A stretch of DNA of 64,000 bases from IMG/VR virus record IMGVR_UViG_3300032226_000905, positions 1 through 64,000 of that record. The stretch is one strand, 5' to 3'. The stretch is from a virus. Taxonomy: Duplodnaviria > Caudoviricetes. This document shows, in pieces, positions 9,077 to 17,506 of the stretch; the stretch's first letter is position 1; each line of letters begins with the position of its first letter. The translations under genes were made by a program, and so were the position numbers. The notes beneath the pieces were generated by a model, which saw nothing but the letters and a program-made list of their open reading frames with translations, had not been told where the DNA came from and made no database searches.

Positions 9077-10033
9077 TTATTTTTGATCTTCGCTTAGAAC
9101 GTCGTACATTTCGAATACACCACCCATTCTTTCGTAGACTAAACCTGCGAAAAGTTCTGATTTCATACCTTCGCCTAGTTTATTTTGAGCAACACGAGTT
9201 GCCCAGGCAAATAGTTCCTTGTCGAGAGGATCAATGGCCTGCTGACCGCCACTTTCTTGTACTAGTTTGGCCATATCTCTGAAAGTCAACGATTGTTCAA
9301 CTGATTCTGCAACTACTTTCTTAGAAGTTTTTACAGACTCATTCTTTTTGCCAAAGTATTTCTCTTGTTTGGCCGACATACCTTTCTTGCCGTCTTTCTT
9401 GTCGCCACCTTTATCAGCAACAGCTTTCTTCATTGGCTCTTTCTTGTCACCGTCTTTGTCCATGTCTAAGAAGTCTGGCTTCGCTGCTTCGTCCATCTTC
9501 TTTTCTTTCTTTGCGGGTTTCCTGGCTTCTTTTACAGATTCTTCTTTTTTCTCACCCTTTTTCTTATCGACCATAGCGAGAAACTTTTCACGTGCAGCTT
9601 TTTGTTTATCGCTGGCTTCTTCGATACTTTCTGAACTGTGTTTTTTAACAGAGTCTTTACCAAAACGTTTTTGCCAATCTTTGCTCTTAGCCTTCTCAGC
9701 TTTGTCTAATTCTCTATCGCCCTTTTTTTCAGCAGCTGATTTAGCTGCCTTAGAAGGCTTAGACTGTGCTGGTTCAGAATTGTCTTCACCATCATAGTCA
9801 TCTTTCTTCTCATGTTTGATACCTTTTTCTGTTTTAGTAACAGTGCCACCTTTGTGGGTCTTTTCAGTATCACCTACTTTCTTTAGTTCTTCAGAAAGAG
9901 GAGTTAGGCCAGCTAATACACGAAACTCAGTGTCTTCATCTAAACGTATAGGTGTGCTTTGTTCTGCACCTTTTGGAAGATCGATCGGACCGTCGATGCT
10001 TTCGATTTTGCTGATAATTGATTTGAAATCCAT
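9077..10033 (-). CDS. Lys/Glu-rich hypothetical protein, putative internal head/core protein
   Basis: Low-complexity K/E/D; repeated (L/I/V/M)-x-E-(A/S) sites (SIEEA, VKEA, MDEA, VAES). Confidence 0.5.
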   Translation of the reverse strand: MDFKSIISKIESIDGPIDLPKGAEQSTPIRLDEDTEFRVLAGLTPLSEELKKVGDTEKTHKGGTVTKTEKGIKHEKKDDYDGEDNSEPAQSKPSKAAKSAAEKKGDRELDKAEKAKSKDWQKRFGKDSVKKHSSESIEEASDKQKAAREKFLAMVDKKKGEKKEESVKEARKPAKKEKKMDEAAKPDFLDMDKDGDKKEPMKKAVADKGGDKKDGKKGMSAKQEKYFGKKNESVKTSKKVVAESVEQSLTFRDMAKLVQESGGQQAIDPLDKELFAWATRVAQNKLGEGMKSELFAGLVYERMGGVFEMYDVLSEDQK

Positions 10034-10034
10034 T

Positions 10035-10343
10035 TTAGTTTCCTTGTTTTTTCTTTAGCCACTGCTCTTTGAGATCGTTTTTAACCTGATGTTCGATACT
10101 CTCTTCGAATTCTCTAGGACCGTGTTTGACCGCCTCACCTGCCATTTTTTCATACTCTAGATAATGGTATACGCTAGAAATATAATCAGCGGCTTTGGTA
10201 ATTTTACTCTGTACCCAACCATCGAGTTCTTCGTTTTCGTCGATCATACGAAACAATTTAGCAGAATACTGTGCTAGTTTATAAAGCTCTGCTCGAGCCA
10301 TTTTAGCTTCGTGATCGTCATGTTGTTGAATTTTAAGGTCCAT
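10035..10343 (-). CDS. Hypothetical protein
   Basis: 102-aa helical ORF in late block. Confidence 0.6.
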   Translation of the reverse strand: MDLKIQQHDDHEAKMARAELYKLAQYSAKLFRMIDENEELDGWVQSKITKAADYISSVYHYLEYEKMAGEAVKHGPREFEESIEHQVKNDLKEQWLKKKQGN

Positions 10344-10350
10344 ATCGTAT

Positions 10351-10596
10351 TTATCTTTTTATCGCAGGGCCGCCAAATAGGCTAGTTCCTGTATCGTCTA
10401 ATGCATTATCTGAAGGTTTCTGCTTTTTAGGTTTCGGCTGCGGAGGTGCTTTAGTGCCGCTTTTTCCCGGACTACCCGTATAAGATTTCTGGCCTCTAGC
10501 AGACCCTGGGCTAATGTGTGGATTTACTACTGTAGTAATATTAGCTGCTGAAGTAGCACCTGTGGTAGCGGTTTCTAAAAGTTCTCTTATTTTCAT
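10351..10596 (-). CDS. Hypothetical protein with MKIRELLE N-terminal tag
   Basis: TAAATA-5 nt-ATG upstream; tag shared with neighbours. Confidence 0.6.
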   Translation of the reverse strand: MKIRELLETATTGATSAANITTVVNPHISPGSARGQKSYTGSPGKSGTKAPPQPKPKKQKPSDNALDDTGTSLFGGPAIKR

Positions 10597-10600
10597 AGTA

Positions 10601-11338
10601 TTATTTATTGCGTCCGCTTTTCATATTAGCACACCAGTGATACATTTTAGCTTTTTCGCCTGATGCGTTTTTAGCCCGTTTTCGTAAGTCTGTTACACTT
10701 CCGTTACAGCTAGCACCTGAACGTTTTACACGTCCCGGACGACTCTTGCCTTTAACCTTGCCATCAGCAAAATTTTCTCCTACATTATAAGTTTTATCAG
10801 TCTTTTGTCCTTTTTTCTTTTCATGTGATTTAGGATCTATATCTGTAGTATCTAATCCTGTTTTTTTCAGTGCATCAATATATTTGTGTTCTGTGTCTTC
10901 GTCGCCAAAAGCTAAAATAGCACTAGGTGGTCCTTTACCAAAATCATGTTTGCCTAGACCTTTTAGATCGCTGATATGCTGTCCTAGTTTATACCAATCA
11001 TAAACATCACTGACATCTACTTTAACTGTGCCCTTGGGCATAGTTGGTTTAGTTTCAGGACCTGTCGGCTTCTCATTAGGGTGTTTATCTTCAGTAAGTT
11101 TATTCAACTTTCTATAATAATCCCCACCTATTTTCATCTTTGATTGTTTGTACAGCATCATAAGTTGTGATGCCTGTGATTGTACATAGGAAGTTTTAGG
11201 AATACTAGCCATTCGATCAATGGCTAATTTCATAGCATCAACTCCTGTTTCTGCATGTATAGCAAGACGATCTTTAATAATTCGTTTTACATCCGTATCG
11301 GATATTTTTAATTCTATGATAAATTCTCTGGCTTTCAT
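10601..11338 (-). CDS. Hypothetical modular protein with MKAREFIIE tag
   Basis: N-terminus resembles T4 capsid-targeting sequence; C-terminal Cys/His basic module. Confidence 0.6.
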   Translation of the reverse strand: MKAREFIIELKISDTDVKRIIKDRLAIHAETGVDAMKLAIDRMASIPKTSYVQSQASQLMMLYKQSKMKIGGDYYRKLNKLTEDKHPNEKPTGPETKPTMPKGTVKVDVSDVYDWYKLGQHISDLKGLGKHDFGKGPPSAILAFGDEDTEHKYIDALKKTGLDTTDIDPKSHEKKKGQKTDKTYNVGENFADGKVKGKSRPGRVKRSGASCNGSVTDLRKRAKNASGEKAKMYHWCANMKSGRNK

Positions 11339-12321
11339 TTCATCGCTACCTGGAATGCTTGATGTTTTTCTTTGCGCTGATCGAGATGTTTCAATCCAGG
11401 ATTTATCCCTTTGGTTACATCCTTGGTGTTTTTAAAACTGTCAACTTTGTCTCGAACACGTTCTTTCCAAAACCATACAGCTACTTTGGCAGCAACATCT
11501 GGACGCTCTACTAGTTCCGGTTTATTGACTAGATCCAAACCTAATGCTTGACCAGCACGTTTATAATTATCTTTACCTGTGAGCTGTATGTAACCGCGAC
11601 CTTTATATTTTGCACCGTCTCCGGGTTTGGTATTGCCTAGTATCTTTGCTTTTCGTGGTGCAAATCTAATATCGTATTTTTTAAAATCTAACGAACCGCC
11701 GATCTCTTTCATGTGTTTAAAATCTAAAGTTTCGTGAGCACACTGCGCCAGAAATGCTGCTAATTCTTGACCTTTGATTCCTGCTTTCTCTGCTTCTTTT
11801 TTAAGATAAACTTCGTGTGGATTACCTGTTACAGATTTCGATATTTCTTTTTTACTGATCTGGGATATAGGATCTTTCTGCTTAGGTTTTGCTGCTTCTG
11901 CATCCCCAGGGCTACCTAATGCTAGTGCAGTACCCAATGCGCCGGCAGCTGCCCAGTCTTTCCATCCCTCATCAACATCAAACTCTTTACCTTGTAGTTT
12001 GACACCCACTGTGTCTTGAACTAATTTCCATGCCAGACCCTTTTTACCACGTTCTAAAAATTGTTGAAATAATTCTTTTTTCTTATCGTCGGCTACTTGA
12101 AAAAATTTAGCCAGCTCCATCATTCCAAGGTTGCCAGGATAGGAAGCTTCATAATTGATGCTTTCGCCTCCTCCTCCACCGTCACCGCCTCCCGATCCGC
12201 CGCCGTCGCCACTGTATCCTACCGCATATCCATAACCACCATAGGGACCTGGGCCGTAAGCAGCCCAACGTGGTCTACGTTTACGCTTTTTCTTTTCGGT
12301 GACGAACTCGTGAGCTTTCAT
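11335..12321 (-). CDS. GH19 lysozyme/chitinase-like hydrolase with long N-terminal extension (putative virion-packaged)
   Basis: AAFLAQCAHET, YKGRGYIQLTGKDNY, AVWFW GH19 motifs; MKAHEFVTE tag; Gly-rich linker. Confidence 0.8.
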   Translation of the reverse strand: MKAHEFVTEKKKRKRRPRWAAYGPGPYGGYGYAVGYSGDGGGSGGGDGGGGGESINYEASYPGNLGMMELAKFFQVADDKKKELFQQFLERGKKGLAWKLVQDTVGVKLQGKEFDVDEGWKDWAAAGALGTALALGSPGDAEAAKPKQKDPISQISKKEISKSVTGNPHEVYLKKEAEKAGIKGQELAAFLAQCAHETLDFKHMKEIGGSLDFKKYDIRFAPRKAKILGNTKPGDGAKYKGRGYIQLTGKDNYKRAGQALGLDLVNKPELVERPDVAAKVAVWFWKERVRDKVDSFKNTKDVTKGINPGLKHLDQRKEKHQAFQVAMK

Positions 12322-12491
12322 ACTCGACTATAAGAATTGGGCGGGCGATCTTCTTCGCTTTGCTGTTCTGGAAAGACCAAATAATCATTTTCTTGTTGGT
12401 TTAACAAGGCCAGATCTCTTTCAGGAGGTATTGGACCACAGCCTAATCGAATCCATTCTGATTCACTATAATAATATTGTTTATCTTTCAT
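12318..12491 (-). CDS. Small hypothetical protein (57 aa)
   Basis: Not in ORF track; [26 protein letters not shown]... fills the gap with ATGA overlaps at both ends. Confidence 0.55.
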   Translation of the reverse strand: MKDKQYYYSESEWIRLGCGPIPPERDLALLNQQENDYLVFPEQQSEEDRPPNSYSRV

Positions 12492-12814
12492 ATTGAGAAA
12501 CTACTCCCGCAACCGCATGTTGTTTGAGCATTTGGATTTTTTATGCTAAATGACGATCCATTTAAATCTTCGTTATAATCTATAACGGCTCCTTCCATAT
12601 ATTGCATACTCATTGCATCTATAACTAATTTCCAACTACTGTCTAATGTAATTTCCCAGTCGTCGTCGTTTCGCTCTTCATCAAAAGTAAAACCGTAACT
12701 AAATCCCGAACAACCACCACCTTGAACAAATGTACGTAACATGAGTTGAGGATTATTTTCTTCCATTAGGAGATCTAAGATTTTAGCCTTTGCTGTATCA
12801 GTTATCTCAACCAT
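12488..12814 (-). CDS. A-type Fe-S carrier (HesB/IscA/ErpA family)
   Basis: [11 protein letters not shown] and C-terminal CGCGSSF. Confidence 0.9.
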   Translation of the reverse strand: MVEITDTAKAKILDLLMEENNPQLMLRTFVQGGGCSGFSYGFTFDEERNDDDWEITLDSSWKLVIDAMSMQYMEGAVIDYNEDLNGSSFSIKNPNAQTTCGCGSSFSI

Positions 12815-13032
12815 TTTTTATCCCCCACAGGTTTTTCACCAGTTAGATAAGGTAAACTGAACCAAAGTTGAAACCATTCAGGAGTTCCTGGACGTATATC
12901 ATGCTTTTTCATTAGTTCTCCTTTTTCGTTACCAGTCAAACTGATATTACTTCCTTGTTCGATAGTATATGGAGTATACCCTTTGAACTGTTTAATACCA
13001 GCTAATTGTTTTAGTTCACTTATCGGATCCAT
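12802..13032 (-). CDS. Hypothetical protein
   Basis: 76-aa ORF in operon. Confidence 0.55.
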   Translation of the reverse strand: MDPISELKQLAGIKQFKGYTPYTIEQGSNISLTGNEKGELMKKHDIRPGTPEWFQLWFSLPYLTGEKPVGDKKWLR

Positions 13033-13774
13033 CAGCTTTCTTATGGCTCTTATAGCCTTTATTTTTCATTGACCATGCTAGTGCAAACGGATTATCGATA
13101 TCTTTGTGCTTCTTCATAGCTTTGACTGTGCCTTTAAATCCTGGAGGAGCCTTCTCAGAGACACTTTCTGTAGCTGGTTCACCGGTGATAGACACAGTCC
13201 ATTTCTTTCCAGTGGATTGAGATTTCGCTTGTGCCCAATTCTGTAGCTGACGATAGTGATCTCTTTCTTTGTAGTCGTCGGCAAACTGACCCCGACCTTT
13301 AAACACTTTCCATTTTTTACCATTGATATAGATAGCAAAGTTATTTGGGGGCTCTGTATTACCTTCGTCCCAGTCCTCTGGATCTCTTACTCTTTCAGAC
13401 ATGCTTTCGTCTTGTTTTTGTAAATCAGCATACGCACTTACAAAGTCGCTTGGAAAATCTTCATCGTAGTTGAGTTTACCAAACGCAGCCTTTTTACCTA
13501 AGTCTCTAACCATCAACGGGTAGGCAGCGTCTAACACTTCTTCTGCTCGACCACTGGCATCAAGGTTGGGATTCATATCAAACACTTCTTGGGCCAACTG
13601 TTCATAATAATAACCGTCCGAACCTTCCATAGGTACAAGATCTTTTTTGTGTTTAACATCGCCTTGCTTTTCAGCTTTGCGTTTGTCTTTGTGTGCGCCG
13701 GCACCTGCGGTTTTTTGATTCTTAGCTACAAAGTTACGTGGCTTGCTTGCCGGTATAAATTCTTTGGCTTTCAT
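13016..13774 (-). CDS. Hypothetical modular protein with MKAKEFI tag
   Basis: Modules separated by PMEG, SMSE, WDEG, SVSE sites. Confidence 0.6.
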   Translation of the reverse strand: MKAKEFIPASKPRNFVAKNQKTAGAGAHKDKRKAEKQGDVKHKKDLVPMEGSDGYYYEQLAQEVFDMNPNLDASGRAEEVLDAAYPLMVRDLGKKAAFGKLNYDEDFPSDFVSAYADLQKQDESMSERVRDPEDWDEGNTEPPNNFAIYINGKKWKVFKGRGQFADDYKERDHYRQLQNWAQAKSQSTGKKWTVSITGEPATESVSEKAPPGFKGTVKAMKKHKDIDNPFALAWSMKNKGYKSHKKADGSDK

Positions 13775-13776
13775 AG

Positions 13777-14505
13777 TTAGGCTACCTGTTTATGCATTAG
13801 TTGATAGGTTTTTAAAAATTCTTTCTCTCGATTACTTAGAGGTCTACCAGTTTTTACTTTTGCTACAATATATTTGTAGTAGGCATCGTCGTCAGCGAGT
13901 TCTGTGATTTCTTCACTTTCGTTGATTCCCATACCTTCTCGAACAGCTGCAAATAATTTTTTCGCATATTGACCAGCACCTGTGGCTTTTTCAAAAGCTT
14001 CAAAATTATTATTAGCCGCTGCTGATCTAGCTGCCGATGCAGATACTCCGGCAACACCTTCTGCTCCATCTTCTCTTTCACCGCTAGATTTAAAATCTAA
14101 AACATCAAATTTGTAATATCCGTGAGGCTTGCCGTCGACGCCGTTGTACATTTCTAAAAGTTTTTTCATGCTTTCTAGACGATCGCTGCCTGCTACAAAC
14201 GTAGCGTCTCTGTACCCGAGATCGTAAAGATAGCTGGCTACCTTGACAGGAGTATTTAGGCCCGAGTCATCGACTACTGCATCGGAATGTTCTGGTAGTA
14301 TGAGTTTGATAAATTTTATTTTTGTTGCATAATCTAATGGATTATCTTTTTTATCCTGAGAAGGACTTACGAAAATTTTGTAATCTCCTCCTATACCAGA
14401 GACTGTATCTAAAAGTTTTTTATGTCCAATGGTGGGAGGATTCAATCTGCCGAAACAGAACGCCACATGTTTATTGCCTGCTTCAAACAGTTCGTTTAAT
14501 AACAT
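13777..14505 (-). CDS. HxGH nucleotidyltransferase (cytidylyltransferase/NMNAT-like)
   Basis: FGRLNPPTIGH, VAGSDR, GVSAS motifs; MLLNELFE tag. Confidence 0.8.
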   Translation of the reverse strand: MLLNELFEAGNKHVAFCFGRLNPPTIGHKKLLDTVSGIGGDYKIFVSPSQDKKDNPLDYATKIKFIKLILPEHSDAVVDDSGLNTPVKVASYLYDLGYRDATFVAGSDRLESMKKLLEMYNGVDGKPHGYYKFDVLDFKSSGEREDGAEGVAGVSASAARSAAANNNFEAFEKATGAGQYAKKLFAAVREGMGINESEEITELADDDAYYKYIVAKVKTGRPLSNREKEFLKTYQLMHKQVA

Positions 14506-14840
14506 TATTTGTAATCACCACGTTTTAAAAACATTTCTTGTTCTCGGCAAAAATGTTTAGCAAGTTCGATGAGTTTTTCTTTGGGAAATTTCTCTTCTGG
14601 GTTTTCAACATCAAACTTATCACAATATGATTCAAGACAATGTTCTAATGGTCGAATATAAATTTTATATGCGTTAGGATTACCTTGATATTCTTTATGG
14701 CGTTTTACCGCAGGAAAGAAATGCTTAGTTAGCATAGAATCGTCATTATCAATATAGAATTTTAAATCATCTAACCAATCTATATCAGGTTGATCTTGTT
14801 TAGGAGCGCCAATGGCGCTGAACATTTCATTTAATAACAT
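14505..14840 (-). CDS. Hypothetical protein with MLLNEMF tag
   Basis: N-terminus nearly identical to neighbour's. Confidence 0.6.
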   Translation of the reverse strand: MLLNEMFSAIGAPKQDQPDIDWLDDLKFYIDNDDSMLTKHFFPAVKRHKEYQGNPNAYKIYIRPLEHCLESYCDKFDVENPEEKFPKEKLIELAKHFCREQEMFLKRGDYK

Positions 14841-16447
14841 TACCAGCTCCTACAGGACCAGTAACGTGCTTTCCAACGTGGACCTGGGTTTTTGCAATTA
14901 TGACGGGCACGGAAACTCTTTCTACGTGCAGGATTTGATTTTTTGATACGCATTTTTTTATCGCCGAAGTTTACTTTAACGATTTTACCATTTGGTTTGC
15001 GTACATATACTTTTGATTTTTTAACATCGCCGGCCATCTTCTTGCCTAGAGGTACTTCACGACCTTGGTATTTGGCTTCGTCGACATCATCGTCTGGTTT
15101 AGTTGATTTTTCAATAGAATAAATCATGCCTTTGTTGATTTTGTCGTTGTCTTGATCGTCTTCTTTGTCGTCATCATACTTGGCATAATGCTTTAGACCT
15201 TTGTCTGTTCTAATTACAGTGCCGCCTTTGTGAGTACGTTCTTCTTGTGATTCGTTGTTACCATAGTCACCGTAGTCTTCATCTGAGCCAAAACCTGCCG
15301 ATGCTAGTGCATAGTTGTCATCTGTTTCGCCGCCTTCGTCATCACTCTGTCCGCCGAACTCTTGTTGCACAATGTCCATCAGCATCATTTCAATTTTTTC
15401 AAAATCATCTTTGGGGTGCAGACCTGTTTCGCCAGTGATGTCTTGTATTTTATCTTGTAGATATGCACCTACTGGGCCATCATCGCTCAATAAATCATAT
15501 AATTTATCGTAGTCCTCATCGTCTGCAATTTGACTCAACTCTGCTGCGATTTCGGCCATGCGCCCTTCTTCAATGCCTGTATCTTCTTTCTTATATTTGT
15601 CTTTGATACGACCTAGTTCTTCTTCTGATGCTCCATTACGGCCTGCTTGCGCTAATGCAGCCATTCCATCTTTGCCGTATTTCTTTTTACCTGTGTAATA
15701 TTGCAGTCCGCTTTCTTCTAAGTCTTCGCCCATCTTCACACAGTTGTCTACACGCTTGCCACCTTTCATTTTAGTGCCCATGCGCTTGTAGCCTTTCCAG
15801 CAGGCTTTGCCATCTAGCCCTTTTTGTTTTTCTTCACGGACGATTTCACCATCTAAGAATATCAGTCCTTCGTTAGTCAACATGTCTAAGGCAGTGTCGT
15901 CTAACTCGATAACGATACCGTCTTCTAGAATATCTACTATTTCTGTAGCGATCTCGTGATCTTCTGAAAAACTAATACCAAAAGCATCGCCTATTTGAAA
16001 TAATCCTTCGTCGATACTTTCCTTTCCAGCGAACCCTTGAGCAGCACCTTTAATTCCACCTTTGACACCGCCGATAATCTTACGGCCAACCTGGGCCATG
16101 AACGGCTCGTCTTCTTTTTCTCTATCGGCTTTTAGTTTAGCAATTCGATCATCACTTTGTTTATCCATGCTCTTTTTAAGATGATCTGATGCATCTGCAC
16201 GAATTTTATCAAAATCTATGCCACCTTCTGTGAATCCCTTGGCTTTGGCTTCTTTTTCTAGGTCTGATCTACGTTGCTCGATCGCAGCTGAAATTTCTGG
16301 ATCTTTGCCGGCGACTGGATCTGATTCAAGATCGTCGAGGGCTTGTCGTTTAGTGGCTAGATCGTCTTTGTCTTTAAGAGCAGTTTCAGTGACAATAGCG
16401 TCTAATTTAGATAATAGGTCTCTCATAGTATGATTCCGTAAGGTCAT
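14840..16447 (-). CDS. Large modular acidic/basic protein, putative internal head polyprotein
   Basis: Many x-x-E-(G/S/A) junctions; CWKGY...NCVK module; C-terminal KVNFG...RKSFRARHNC...ARYWSC module. Confidence 0.55.
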   Translation of the reverse strand: MTLRNHTMRDLLSKLDAIVTETALKDKDDLATKRQALDDLESDPVAGKDPEISAAIEQRRSDLEKEAKAKGFTEGGIDFDKIRADASDHLKKSMDKQSDDRIAKLKADREKEDEPFMAQVGRKIIGGVKGGIKGAAQGFAGKESIDEGLFQIGDAFGISFSEDHEIATEIVDILEDGIVIELDDTALDMLTNEGLIFLDGEIVREEKQKGLDGKACWKGYKRMGTKMKGGKRVDNCVKMGEDLEESGLQYYTGKKKYGKDGMAALAQAGRNGASEEELGRIKDKYKKEDTGIEEGRMAEIAAELSQIADDEDYDKLYDLLSDDGPVGAYLQDKIQDITGETGLHPKDDFEKIEMMLMDIVQQEFGGQSDDEGGETDDNYALASAGFGSDEDYGDYGNNESQEERTHKGGTVIRTDKGLKHYAKYDDDKEDDQDNDKINKGMIYSIEKSTKPDDDVDEAKYQGREVPLGKKMAGDVKKSKVYVRKPNGKIVKVNFGDKKMRIKKSNPARRKSFRARHNCKNPGPRWKARYWSCRSW

Positions 16448-16471
16448 ACTATATTTATCGCACTATTATTT

Positions 16472-16828
16472 TTAGTGATTATAACGAACTAGGGTAATCG
16501 TACCGTTCTGTAGGTTATATGCGGCGCGAATCCATACAAAGTTGCCGGTAAAATTGATAGATATCGTATTAGTCCAAGCTGAACTATCATCATCCAGACC
16601 AATAGCTGTTCCTTCGATGTCAAACCATTCGGAATCTCGAGGATTTAGTGCTAGAGTGGCCTGCAATTTGATCACACCCACAAATGCATCGACACTATAA
16701 ACCGCTGTATGCAGGACATCGAAATTCTTATGGTATCCTGCACCTGGATGTTTTTCACTGTAAGAAAACGCAGAATCGGTAGCTTCTGCGGTGATGTTTG
16801 ATAATAATATTCTATTTTCAGTGGACAT
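16472..16828 (-). CDS. Hypothetical beta-rich protein (probable structural)
   Basis: 118 aa, TAAATA-4 nt-ATG upstream. Confidence 0.55.
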   Translation of the reverse strand: MSTENRILLSNITAEATDSAFSYSEKHPGAGYHKNFDVLHTAVYSVDAFVGVIKLQATLALNPRDSEWFDIEGTAIGLDDDSSAWTNTISINFTGNFVWIRAAYNLQNGTITLVRYNH

Positions 16829-16831
16829 CTC

Positions 16832-17506
16832 TTATTTATCGACTATAACGTATTCGTGAACCTTCCCACACACATCGGATCCACGCATCTTCAACATCAA
16901 CAATGTATTAGAATCTTCTACTAGGAGATATCTACGATCCCAGTTCCAATCAGTGGCTAAGAACCAATTTTTAACAGCAGCTGATATTAGAATTCGATCT
17001 TGTGTATCTAACCACTGAAGAAATTTGATTTTTGATTCTTTATTTCCTTTTAGTTTATGGGGTTGAAGATATACCTTAAACTGATACTTATCGTGGGGAT
17101 ATTTTTTAACAACTACGTGATTAGAATTTTCTATGATATCTAGAGAATCAGCGTCAGGCGCACTAATACTAACTACAGCAAATTTAAGAGCCTGTTGGCA
17201 TTGATCATATATATCTGGGTCGTTAGTGTAGATATCTATATGATTGGTTTCTATACGTTTTGACCATTTCTGTAAATCTAAACTAGAAAGAAAATGACAA
17301 ATCTTGATTATATCTTTGGAGTTTGCTCGAGTCCTTGGTAATATAAATGAATTTCTTGGTCTAGTTTCTGATATTTCTTCAGATGATAGTATATCAATGG
17401 TTTCGTCTAAACTGTGATTTCTAAGTATAGAGATTCCTGGAATTTTCAATCCAACACGATATAACCATTTACCGTAGAATTTTCTTCTAGTTATCAGCGA
17501 TTTCAA
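16832..17506 (-). CDS. Hypothetical protein
   Basis: 224-aa ORF; exact start uncertain. Confidence 0.55.
   Translation of the reverse strand: MKSLITRRKFYGKWLYRVGLKIPGISILRNHSLDETIDILSSEEISETRPRNSFILPRTRANSKDIIKICHFLSSLDLQKWSKRIETNHIDIYTNDPDIYDQCQQALKFAVVSISAPDADSLDIIENSNHVVVKKYPHDKYQFKVYLQPHKLKGNKESKIKFLQWLDTQDRILISAAVKNWFLATDWNWDRRYLLVEDSNTLLMLKMRGSDVCGKVHEYVIVDK

Noticed and set aside
9267-9797. 176-aa plus-strand ORF rich in F/S/L
   Set aside because: Antisense shadow of a Lys/Glu-rich gene
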